Origin: an uncultured Verrucomicrobiae bacterium
GTDB taxonomy: Bacteria > Verrucomicrobiota > Verrucomicrobiia > Chthoniobacterales > UBA10450
NCBI GenBank assembly: GCA_963735805.1
Contig: CAVTMK010000003.1
Span: 224,001-288,000 of the forward strand
Direction: 5' to 3'
Length of the DNA: 64,000 bases
In this document: in pieces, positions 26,891 through 36,947 of the stretch
Numbering within the stretch: the first letter of the stretch is position 1
Layout of the letters: the number at the start of each line of letters is the position of its first letter
The notes under the pieces: model-generated
Databases searched by the model: none
Seen by the model: the letters and a program-made list of their open reading frames with translations, nothing else
Told to the model about the DNA's origin: nothing
Program-made: the position numbers and the translations under genes

Positions 26891-29446
26891 ATGAAGAGAG
26901 CCGAGACAACGAATGCCCGAGTTTGCGGTAAATGCGGGAACACGATCTTTGACACCGCGCCGCAGGGACTTTGCAGTGTTTGCCTTTTTGATACAGGCCT
27001 AAGCATTCTGACGGAGTCCGTAGGTGGCCTCAATGCGAAGGATTTTGGAGCTGATAACGACTCCACCTCCACAGACGCAGCAGAACTGTTCAGTGCGTCC
27101 GATGATTATGAGCTACTGGAGGAGATTGGCCGCGGTGGACAGGGTGTTGTGTATCGTGCCAGACAGAAGAGTCTGAACCGCACTGTTGCATTAAAGATCA
27201 TCGGAATCAGCAATGGGAGGACCAAAGCACATCTCAAACGGTTTCGTCTTGAGGCAGAAGCTGCTGCCAGATTGAACCACCCCTTCGTGGTCCCAATCCA
27301 CGAAATCGGGCAGCGGAAGGGCCGCTGTTACTTTAGCATGGGATTAGTCGAAGGAGGTCGACTCGATCAAATTGCTAAAAGCGAACCAATGTCGGCCCGC
27401 CATGCTACCGAAGTGATCGCCAAGCTGGCGCGGACGGTTCATTATGCTCACCAACACGGCATCGTTCATAGAGACATCAAGCCAGGGAACATTCTGCTCG
27501 ATACCAAAGGCGAACCGCATTTGACCGATTTCGGTGTGGCGCGGCTGCTTGAGACGGAAAACGATGCAACTTGTACAATCGAGGTTTCAGGTACGCCAAG
27601 CTACATGGCGCCAGAACAAGCCCATGCAAATAATGGGCATGTCAACTGCGCAACTGATGTTTACGGCCTAGGTGCAGTACTATATCAGCTGATTGCGGGC
27701 CAACCGCCTTTCACCGGCGACACCCCTTTTGAAACAGTCCGCTTATTGTTGGAGACCGAGCCGCGACAACCGCGCCTCTTAAATCCGAAAGTGGATCGTG
27801 ACCTTTCCACGATCTGTTTGAAGTGTCTCGAGAAAGATCCAAAGCGTCGTTATTCTTCTGCGCTCGCGCTGGCGGAAGACCTTGAACACTGGCTAAGATA
27901 CGAACCGATCCGCGCACGCCGCACGGGCGTTCTCGCTCGCGGAAGAAAATGGATACGCCGCAAGCCAGCTGCTGCTGCCTTGGTGGTGATGTCCGTTCTC
28001 CTTGCGTCAGCAGTAGGCGTTATCGTCTGGAAAGTCGGAGCGGTGGGGCGCCAACCATCAACGGGAATCGCCGTATTGCCATTTGAGAATTTGAGCAATG
28101 ACAGAGAGGACGCCTACTTTGCCGAAGGGATACAGGATGAAATTCTGGCCCGCCTGTCCAAGATCGCGGACCTGAAGGTCATCTCACGCACTTCCACGCA
28201 GAAGTACAAAAGCGCGCCGGGCAATCTGCGCGAGATTGCCAAGCAACTTGGGGTGGCAAATGTTCTCGAAGGTAGCGTCCAAAAAGCGGCGGGTCGGGTG
28301 CGGGTTAATGTGCAGCTGATCAACGCGCTGAACGACACCCATCTCTGGGGAGACATTTATGACCGCAAGCTTACTGACATTTTTGCGGTTGAAAGTGACA
28401 TCGCGACAACGGTCGCTGACACGCTGCAGGCGAAGTTAAGCGGCGCGGAGAAACAACTGATAGCGGCCCAGCCGACGAGTGACTTGACCGCCTACGAGTC
28501 TTATCTCAAAGGCCGATCGCTTTGGGGCAAACGCAGTGGGGACAACATCCCGAAGGCAATCGCATTTTATGAGCAGGCGATTGCGCGCGATCCAAAGTAT
28601 GCCCTGGCTTATGCTGGTCTGGCGGAGGCTTACGCTATCCTGCCAGCGTATACCGCGACAGCACCACAAGATGCCTACCCGAAAGCGAAGGCTGCCGCAG
28701 TAAAGGCTCTTCAACTGGATGACAAGCTGGCGGAGGCGCATACTGCGTTGGCATTGATATTGTGCATCGGTGACCTCGATATGGCTGGTTCAATATCGGA
28801 ATTTCAGCGCGCCATCGCGCTGAACCCCAACTACGCAACAGCCCACCATTGGTATGGAAACGGTCCACTCCTTGCCCTAGGCCGGTTTGAAGAAGCGATC
28901 GCTGAGGGCAAACGCGCCGTTGAGCTTGATCCGTTCTCGCCCATTATCAATGCAGACCTGGGACAGAATCTGTTTTGTGCGCGTCGATACGATGAGGCGA
29001 TCGCGCAGTTGCGAAAGACGCTGGAGATTGATCCGACGTTTTATTACGCACATTATAATCTGGGCATGGCACTCCAGCTAAAAGGCGACTTGCCTGCCGC
29101 GATTGCTGAATACACACAGGCACAGCAGTTGAGCGACGATCTTTTTGTTCCAGTGCTGCTCGCATCTGCTAAAGCCAAGTCAGGCGATAAGGATGCGGCC
29201 GTGCGACTACTGGCTGAACTGGAAGAACTCAGCCAGCATCGGCACGTGCCCTCATACTGGCGTGCTTTCCTCTACCTCAGTCTGGGAAATCGCGACGAAG
29301 CAGTTCGTTGGTTGGAGCAAGTTATTGCCGACCATGACGGCCTAAGCATCAACGTGATTAAAGTTGACCCCTGGCTCGATCCACTCCGTGGAGATCCGCG
29401 ATTTGAGGCGTTAGTCCAGAAAGTGGTTGGTCCCAAGCAGAAATAA
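26891..29446 (+). CDS. Hanks-type Ser/Thr kinase: Zn-ribbon, kinase, TM, TolB-N-like domain, TPRs
   Basis: CGKC..CSVC, GRGGQG, VALK, HRDIKPGN, DFG, GTPSYMAPE, one TM, IAVLPFENLS, multiple TPRs. Confidence 0.92.
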   Translation: MKRAETTNARVCGKCGNTIFDTAPQGLCSVCLFDTGLSILTESVGGLNAKDFGADNDSTSTDAAELFSASDDYELLEEIGRGGQGVVYRARQKSLNRTVALKIIGISNGRTKAHLKRFRLEAEAAARLNHPFVVPIHEIGQRKGRCYFSMGLVEGGRLDQIAKSEPMSARHATEVIAKLARTVHYAHQHGIVHRDIKPGNILLDTKGEPHLTDFGVARLLETENDATCTIEVSGTPSYMAPEQAHANNGHVNCATDVYGLGAVLYQLIAGQPPFTGDTPFETVRLLLETEPRQPRLLNPKVDRDLSTICLKCLEKDPKRRYSSALALAEDLEHWLRYEPIRARRTGVLARGRKWIRRKPAAAALVVMSVLLASAVGVIVWKVGAVGRQPSTGIAVLPFENLSNDREDAYFAEGIQDEILARLSKIADLKVISRTSTQKYKSAPGNLREIAKQLGVANVLEGSVQKAAGRVRVNVQLINALNDTHLWGDIYDRKLTDIFAVESDIATTVADTLQAKLSGAEKQLIAAQPTSDLTAYESYLKGRSLWGKRSGDNIPKAIAFYEQAIARDPKYALAYAGLAEAYAILPAYTATAPQDAYPKAKAAAVKALQLDDKLAEAHTALALILCIGDLDMAGSISEFQRAIALNPNYATAHHWYGNGPLLALGRFEEAIAEGKRAVELDPFSPIINADLGQNLFCARRYDEAIAQLRKTLEIDPTFYYAHYNLGMALQLKGDLPAAIAEYTQAQQLSDDLFVPVLLASAKAKSGDKDAAVRLLAELEELSQHRHVPSYWRAFLYLSLGNRDEAVRWLEQVIADHDGLSINVIKVDPWLDPLRGDPRFEALVQKVVGPKQK

Positions 29447-29881
29447 CAAACGTTCTTCGCGCGACTCTTTACCTTTCGGCTTTGGAGGAGACTCATTTTT
29501 CACCGATAGTGCCTCGTTAGTTATTCCTTGCTCGTAACATTTTGACCGAAAAGTAAAGAAACTTGGCCGACGAATGGGAAACCACCGCTGCGCAACGATA
29601 CGTGGTAACTACTCGGCAACGATTGATCGCCAAGTACGGTAACAACGGATTGACAGTCCGTTGGCAGCAACCCTAGCAACCTGTCGAGAAAGTGAATCGA
29701 GGCCTCGCCACGCCTGCCTGTAGTTACCTAATCTGTAGCGAAACTGGTAACGTTTCTCGGTTCTCGTGGGAAAGCAAAAATAGAATCATCTGATCTTAAA
29801 TCAGTTGGCGGTCGCTTCTGGTTAAGAGTCTGTTGTGAATACTCTGATTCGGTTTTGGTTCCTTCGGTCGTCGCCACTTAT

Positions 29882-29927
29882 TGCCAGATAAATGTCGGTT
29901 TGAGGCATAAACCGGCACTTTCTGGCA
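29882..29927. terminator. Long imperfect hairpin downstream of the aldo/keto reductase
   Basis: TGCCAGA..TGTCGGTTT-GAGGCAT-AAACCGGCA..TCTGGCA between convergent genes. Confidence 0.4.
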
Positions 29928-29971
29928 TTTTCATTTTGCTCCATCGCACGAGGGAAAGACGCCATTTTTTG

Positions 29972-31085
<1,114 letters not shown>

Positions 31086-31122
31086 GACAATTTGCGAACG
31101 CGTTCCGGACCTATCGCCTTGA

Positions 31123-32193
31123 TCACTCTGATTTAAGAGAAGCCATGTCGATCGAGAAACGGTATTTCACATCGGACTTGAGCAATCGCTCGTAGGCTTC
31201 ATTGACTTTCTGAATAGGAATCACTTCGACGTCGGCTGTGACGTTGTGGGCGCCGCAAAAATCGAGCATCTCCTGCGTTTCGGGGATGCCGCCGATGCTG
31301 GAGCCTGAGAAATTGCGACGTCGCACAATGAGGCTGAATGCCGGGACCGCGAGAGGTTCCGCGGGAGCGCCGACCATTGTAAGATTGCCGTCGACACCGA
31401 GTAGATTGATGTATGTGTTGATGTCGTGATTGCCAGAGACGGTGTCGATAACGAAATCGAAGCTGCCTGCGTGTTTTTTCATCTCGTTGGCATTGCGTGA
31501 GACAACAGTTTCGTCAGCCCCGAGGCGCAGCGCGTCCTCTTTCTTGTTAGGCGACGTCGTGAAGACAACGACATGAGCTCCAAACGCATGGGCAAACTTT
31601 ACGGCCATGTGACCTAGCCCACCGAGACCAACCACGCCGACTTTCTTCCCTTTGCCTACGCCCCAGTGGCGCATCGGGGAGTATGTTGTGATTCCAGCGC
31701 AAAGCAACGGCGCAGCGCCGGCAAGTTTGAGATTGGACGGGACGCGCAGGACGAACCGTTCATCGACTACGATACTCTCGGAGTAACCGCCGTAAGTCAC
31801 ACCTCCGAGGTGCTTGTCTGGCGAGTTGAATGTGAGAACCATGTTCGGGCAGAACTGTTCAAGGCCGGCTTTGCAGTGCGGGCAGGTGCCGTCCGAATCG
31901 ACCATGCAACCGACTGCGGCCAGATCCCCGGGTTTGTACTTGGTAACTGCCGAACCGACTTTGGTGACACGCCCGACAATCTCGTGGCCGGGCACGATTG
32001 GGTAATTGGTGGCCATGAATTCGCTCCACTCGTTGCGGACCGAATGAAGATCGGAGTGGCAGATGCCGCAGAACAGAATCTCGATCTGCACGTCATGTTC
32101 GGTTGGATCGCGGCGTTGGATTTTGGTTGAGCCCAGTGGTGATGTTTCACTCGCAGCGGAATAGGCTTTCGCGTTGTACGTGGTTGGATGCAT
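31123..32193 (-). CDS. Zn-dependent NAD(P)H alcohol/aldehyde reductase (YahK/AdhC/CAD-like)
   Basis: CGICHSD, GHE, CAGITTYSP, GLGGLG, YRFSID; start trimmed to ATG 32193 after AAGGAG. Confidence 0.92.
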   Translation of the reverse strand: MHPTTYNAKAYSAASETSPLGSTKIQRRDPTEHDVQIEILFCGICHSDLHSVRNEWSEFMATNYPIVPGHEIVGRVTKVGSAVTKYKPGDLAAVGCMVDSDGTCPHCKAGLEQFCPNMVLTFNSPDKHLGGVTYGGYSESIVVDERFVLRVPSNLKLAGAAPLLCAGITTYSPMRHWGVGKGKKVGVVGLGGLGHMAVKFAHAFGAHVVVFTTSPNKKEDALRLGADETVVSRNANEMKKHAGSFDFVIDTVSGNHDINTYINLLGVDGNLTMVGAPAEPLAVPAFSLIVRRRNFSGSSIGGIPETQEMLDFCGAHNVTADVEVIPIQKVNEAYERLLKSDVKYRFSIDMASLKSE

Positions 32194-32369
32194 GGCTGAT
32201 TTTATCTCCTTTATCAAGTCGTGATCGCTGCGCGTGTGTGGGATTCTGCAGTGCCACATTAGAGTTAATCCCGCTTCCCTCTTTAAGATGATAATCGAAG
32301 CGCGGCCCAGCGTCGCGCTTAGTGGCGGCCCCGTACAGAAATGATCCGTGGTCTCTTCGGGTGGCGCCT

Positions 32370-32446
32370 TGATCTTCTTCCGCGCCCATCATAAACTCGC
32401 CGGCGGGGATCCGTACCAGCTTCATGCCAATCGAATTCATAATCAC
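32370..32446 (-). pseudogene. N-terminal remnant of an FGE-sulfatase/SUMF1-domain protein
   Basis: NSIGMKLVRIPAGEFMMG is the typical start of this domain; nothing recognisable follows. Confidence 0.6.
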
Positions 32447-32601
32447 GTCTGATTCCCCTCGATCGGCTGACGCAGAAGTTTCCTTCGGCGAGGATAAAAC
32501 GACTGGCCTGTTCAGGCACGAAACAAATAAGGAGCGTTTTGATGCACCGCAAGTCCAGGGCGATGATTTGCTGTTCAGCCGTCCAGAAGAGATTCCTCGC
32601 C

Positions 32602-33525
32602 CTATTTTCCAAGGCTGAGAGTCCCGCGCAGGACTTCCACTGCGTATCCGCCGACCCGGACATTGGTGACCTTCTCGCCATCGCGCGTCGCGCGCACAAA
32701 GATTTCACTCGGTCGCCGGGCTTCGGCGCCTTGATGAATGAGAATCTTTTCGTCAGATTTTGCCACGCCGTGCCACACCATCCAACTCACGGCACAACCG
32801 GCAGCTGACCCGGTGGCGGGATCTTCTCCGCCATAGAAAAACATCCGGGCGCGCACCCAGCCTTCGCGTTCTTCCGGACAGATGAAGTAGCAAAACTTAG
32901 CGCCCGTTCCATCCAGTAAAGCGCCGGCCTTGACAAGGTCAGGCTTCAAATTTGCCAAAGCCGTCGAATCGCGAATCGGTACAATCGCGAAGGGCAATCC
33001 GGTTGAAACAACCTGGCTCGGCCATTCGGACGCGATTTGCTCAGCGCCACCTCGCAGCACACCGCCGACGTCATCTCGAGACAGCGTGATGCCAAATTCC
33101 GGGTCGCGCTGATGCATCTCGCCAAAGACATCGCCCGCGACGCGATCGCGCACGCCTGTCCGGCTCGGACTAGAGTCAGCGCTGAATCCGACACTGATTT
33201 TCCCAACATTCAGATCAAGAACGACTTCATCCCCGTGCGAAGCCGCAGTATTGTGGAGGTACAGCGCCGTACCCAGTGTCGGATGCCCGGCAAACGGCAA
33301 CTCTTCCTCGACCGTAAAGATGCGGACTCGCTTCCCCTCCTTTGCTTCAACCTGTGGTTCGCGCGGCAGGATAAAAGTTGTTTCAGAAAGATTCATCTCC
33401 CGGGCGATCGCCTGCATTTGTTCATCGGTAAGACCGCGCGCGTCACTGAAGACGGCAAGCGGATTGCCCGTAAGCGCCGTCCGCGTAAAAACATCAAGCT
33501 GTACGAACTCGTAGGTGCGCGGCAT
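32602..33525 (-). CDS. PhzF-family isomerase/epimerase
   Basis: DVF..GNPLAV, MNLSETTF, ELPFAGHPTLG, EDPATGSA. Confidence 0.92.
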   Translation of the reverse strand: MPRTYEFVQLDVFTRTALTGNPLAVFSDARGLTDEQMQAIAREMNLSETTFILPREPQVEAKEGKRVRIFTVEEELPFAGHPTLGTALYLHNTAASHGDEVVLDLNVGKISVGFSADSSPSRTGVRDRVAGDVFGEMHQRDPEFGITLSRDDVGGVLRGGAEQIASEWPSQVVSTGLPFAIVPIRDSTALANLKPDLVKAGALLDGTGAKFCYFICPEEREGWVRARMFFYGGEDPATGSAAGCAVSWMVWHGVAKSDEKILIHQGAEARRPSEIFVRATRDGEKVTNVRVGGYAVEVLRGTLSLGK

Positions 33526-33529
33526 CTTC

Positions 33530-33928
33530 TTACTTCCTTCGGTATTGTTCGTCGCTCACGTGCTCCATCCAATCAACGACTTTTCCGTCAAGTGCTTCTT
33601 GAATGGCGATATGTGTCATCGCGGTCGTCGGCGTCGCGCCGTGCCAATGCTTCTCGTTAGGCGCAAAACAGACGACGTCTCCCGCTCGGATCTCCTCGAT
33701 CTTACCGCCTTCTCGCTGCGCCCAGCCGAGCCCGGCGGTGACAATCAACGTCTGACCGAGCGGATGCGTATGCCAAGCGGTGCGCGCACCCGGCTCGAAT
33801 GTGACGCTCGCGCCACGAACGCGCGCCGGTTCAGGTGGTTCGAACAACGGATCGATCCGAACTGAACCGGTAAACCAATCAGCCGGACCTTTGTTTGACG
33901 CTTGTGACCCAACTTTTTTGATCTCCAT
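33530..33928 (-). CDS. Cupin domain protein
   Basis: [29 protein letters not shown] 33928 after GAAAGGA. Confidence 0.9.
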   Translation of the reverse strand: MEIKKVGSQASNKGPADWFTGSVRIDPLFEPPEPARVRGASVTFEPGARTAWHTHPLGQTLIVTAGLGWAQREGGKIEEIRAGDVVCFAPNEKHWHGATPTTAMTHIAIQEALDGKVVDWMEHVSDEQYRRK

Positions 33929-33967
33929 GTTCCTTTCCTCAACTCTCAACTAAACCTCAGTAATTAA

Positions 33968-34546
33968 TTATTGCTGGAAACTGGTCGCCGACGGAGTCGG
34001 GCAACGACGGGTCTCAATTGTCGTGCCGGGCGTCACTGCGCCACCACGCAGGGTCCAGCATTCACCCAATGTGGAGCAGTAACAGATCTCGACCGTTATT
34101 CGCGCGCGATCTTTGTTCATCTCTACCCAGAGCGGATTCGATTTGTCGAAAGCGATCGGGTTCCCGTTCACATCGTGCGGAGTAAAGACGGTCATCGATT
34201 CACCGGCCGAGAATACATGACCCCTCATGTCGCTTTCAGAACCGCGATGTTCTCCTGGGCCGAGTAATTTATCGAACACTTCATACCAGTTCTTGACCGG
34301 CTGGCCGTCCACCATCACAACGACATTCCGGATGATCGCGGGACCGACACCTTTGTTTGCCAGGGTAAAGTGAATATCGGGACCATTGCTGCTCTCGAAC
34401 TCGAGGATCGGCCAGACTGCTGCGCGCACCTGTTGGCGCTGCATGTAGGCTGTGTAACCGGCGACACACACAGCCACGCACCCAATGAGGGTCGCGATGA
34501 CCGTTTCGTATCGGGTTGCCGCGCGGGTCTCCTTCTCCTCCGGCAC
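33968..34546 (-). CDS. Conserved hypothetical membrane-anchored protein
   Basis: N-terminal TM, VWPIL, NKGVGPAII and EICYCSTLGECW motifs. Confidence 0.7.
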   Translation of the reverse strand: MPEEKETRAATRYETVIATLIGCVAVCVAGYTAYMQRQQVRAAVWPILEFESSNGPDIHFTLANKGVGPAIIRNVVVMVDGQPVKNWYEVFDKLLGPGEHRGSESDMRGHVFSAGESMTVFTPHDVNGNPIAFDKSNPLWVEMNKDRARITVEICYCSTLGECWTLRGGAVTPGTTIETRRCPTPSATSFQQ

Positions 34547-34724
34547 GGCGCCGATGTTATCGCTGGCGCATTCAGTGTCAATTAGTCCGAGTCCGAATCA
34601 CAAGTCGTACACGGGGAGTTCATCGTAAAAATCGTTTAAGAACGGGGCGCCTGACTAAGATCCAGCTCCAGATCTTCTTCGCAGGAATCGAATTTTTTCG
34701 ACGGCGTTTCCGACCCATTATTAA

Positions 34725-35171
34725 CTAAGTCTCGATCTTCACAATTTTCGCGCTTCGTCCATCATCGAGCATAATCCAGTCGCCCATGTCTGCGGCCAGC
34801 AATGCCTTGCCGATCGGAGAAATCCAACTGACGGCGTCTCGTTCGAAATCGAGTTCGTCGACGCCGACGATGGTAAACGTTTGAGTAGCGCCCGTCTTAT
34901 CCTTCACCTTCACGGTTGCGCCGAACGTGACGCTGTTCGACGGCGCGTCCGACGGATCGACAACATGGATCGATGCCAGAATGCGCTCTAATTCGATGAT
35001 GCGCTCGCTATCGGCGTTTGCTGCGCGGAGCTTCTGCAGTTCCCCGCGCAATCGCTTCGCGCCACGTGCGGTGATGTAATTAGTCGCTCCCGGCGGCAAT
35101 CCAGACGCCGATCGTTTCCGTCCGCTGCGCTCCGGCGGATCGACATCTTCTTTGACGAACGCCCTGCTCAT
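34725..35171 (-). CDS. GreA/GreB-family protein with shortened coiled coil
   Basis: MSRAFVKE, NYITARG, VTFGATV, IVGVDE, SWISPIGKALL. Confidence 0.85.
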   Translation of the reverse strand: MSRAFVKEDVDPPERSGRKRSASGLPPGATNYITARGAKRLRGELQKLRAANADSERIIELERILASIHVVDPSDAPSNSVTFGATVKVKDKTGATQTFTIVGVDELDFERDAVSWISPIGKALLAADMGDWIMLDDGRSAKIVKIET

Positions 35172-35264
35172 CCAGGGAAGTATCGCAGCCGGCGCTTCGC
35201 ATGTCCTTCGGAAAAGAGAGATCCGATTGGCGTGACGTCCACGACGGAACGAACACTACTGACT

Positions 35265-35505
35265 CACAGCTCGACGCGCCTTGCTCTGCGCGCCGGAATC
35301 CAGCAGGCAGAAGGGCGATGGTCAATAAGAGCAAGGCGACACACGTAAAGGTGACCGGATCGGAAGCGCTCACGCCATAGAAAAGGCTCTTCATCATCGG
35401 CACGTTGGAGAAGGCAATGATCACTCCGCATGATGACACAATCGCGGCGAGCACCACGCCTTGTTTCAGGCTGAGCTTCTGCCGATCGGAAAGCGCACCC
35501 CCCAG
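35265..35505 (-). pseudogene. C-terminal remnant of a MacB/FtsX-type (ADOP-like) ABC permease
   Basis: LKQGVVLAAI..MKSLFYGVSASDPVTF..LLLLTIAL, then after a 1-nt slip ACWIPARRARRV; no N-terminal part present. Confidence 0.7.
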
Positions 35506-35538
35506 GCGTTCTTACAAATGACAGGAACTGATGGGGCG

Positions 35539-36768
35539 TCAGGCAGCGGGAACGCTTTTCTTTCGTCCGCCTGCAACGGCGATCGCGCCGCTGAATACCG
35601 CCGGGTTAAACGTGATCGAAAGCAGTGCGCCGGCGACAATCAGGTTCAAGCCTTCCGTGGGAAGCAGACTCAGCTTCACTCCCAGGGCGGCAAGGATAAA
35701 AGAAAATTCACCGATCTGAGCGAGTGCGGCGGAGACGATGAGCGCTGTTCGGGTCGAGCCTCGCAGAGTCCGAACAATGCCGAATGCGGCTAACGACTTT
35801 CCAAATACGATAATCGCGAGCACGGCCAGAACCTGAACCGGTTGCCGGATCAGAATCGAAGGATCGAACAGCATTCCGACAGCGACGAAGAACAAAACCG
35901 TGAAAGCATCCTGGAGCGGCTGAAGCTCTTTGGCTGCGCGATGACTCAAGTCGGATGCGTTCACTACTACTCCGGCAAAGAACGCGCCAAGGGCAAAGGA
36001 AACGCCGAAGAGCTTGGCGGAACCAAACGCCACACCAAGGGCAAGCGCGATCACTGCGAGTGTGAACAATTCGCGCGAACCGGTTCGTTCCACCTGTGAT
36101 AACAGCCACGGAAAAAACCGCACACCGGCAAAAAGCATTAGTGCGATGAACACCGCCACCTTTCCGATTGTGATCCCGAGTGCCGGCCAGAGGCTTCCCT
36201 GATCGATGTTATTGGACGGGCTTCCACCCATTATTCTCGACAGGGCGGGCAGCAACACCAGCGTAAGCACCATGAGGAGATCTTCTACTACCAGCCATCC
36301 GATCGCGATGCGTCCATCATTCGACTTGATCATGTCCCGATCCTCGAGTGCGCGCAGCAGAACGACCGTGCTTGCGACCGATAACGACAATCCAAAAATA
36401 ATTCCTGCGCCTAACGACCATCCCCACAACATTGCCAGGCCAGCGCCGAGTGCGGTCGCCACCACAATTTGCGTGAACGCACCGGGCAACGCCATACCGC
36501 GCACGGCGATAAGATCCCGTATGGAAAAATGTGTGCCGACTCCGAACATGAGCAGGATCACGCCGATCTCCGCCAGCTGCGGAGCAAGGTGCGCGTCTGC
36601 CACGAAGCCGGGTGTGAACGGACCAACAACAATGCCGGCCAGAAGATAGCCAACCAGCGGCGGCAAACGCAGTCGCACCGCCAGTAATCCACCAACAAAT
36701 GCAAAGGCCAGGCTGACAGCGATGGTCGCGATCAGTGGAACATCATGAGCGGTGACGGCTGCTAACAC
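35539..36768 (-). CDS. CPA2 cation:proton antiporter (YbaL/Kef-like), membrane domain only
   Basis: PPLVGYLLAG, AEIGVILLMFGVG, STVVL, VEDL, FFVAVGM, QIGEFSF; ends without a TrkA-N domain. Confidence 0.88.
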   Translation of the reverse strand: MLAAVTAHDVPLIATIAVSLAFAFVGGLLAVRLRLPPLVGYLLAGIVVGPFTPGFVADAHLAPQLAEIGVILLMFGVGTHFSIRDLIAVRGMALPGAFTQIVVATALGAGLAMLWGWSLGAGIIFGLSLSVASTVVLLRALEDRDMIKSNDGRIAIGWLVVEDLLMVLTLVLLPALSRIMGGSPSNNIDQGSLWPALGITIGKVAVFIALMLFAGVRFFPWLLSQVERTGSRELFTLAVIALALGVAFGSAKLFGVSFALGAFFAGVVVNASDLSHRAAKELQPLQDAFTVLFFVAVGMLFDPSILIRQPVQVLAVLAIIVFGKSLAAFGIVRTLRGSTRTALIVSAALAQIGEFSFILAALGVKLSLLPTEGLNLIVAGALLSITFNPAVFSGAIAVAGGRKKSVPAA

Positions 36769-36947
36769 TCAGATCAATCGCACTTCTACTTTCGAAACGC
36801 GAGAGCTCCGGCGTGGTGTGCGCTTTCTGTGAGACTACCAGATTTCATATCTTTAGAGGCAACCCTGTGTTTTCCCACGAACGAGTTTGATTGACGACCC
36901 GCGACGATTCGTAGCATCAAGGACTATCAACCGTTCAAGCTACACGA

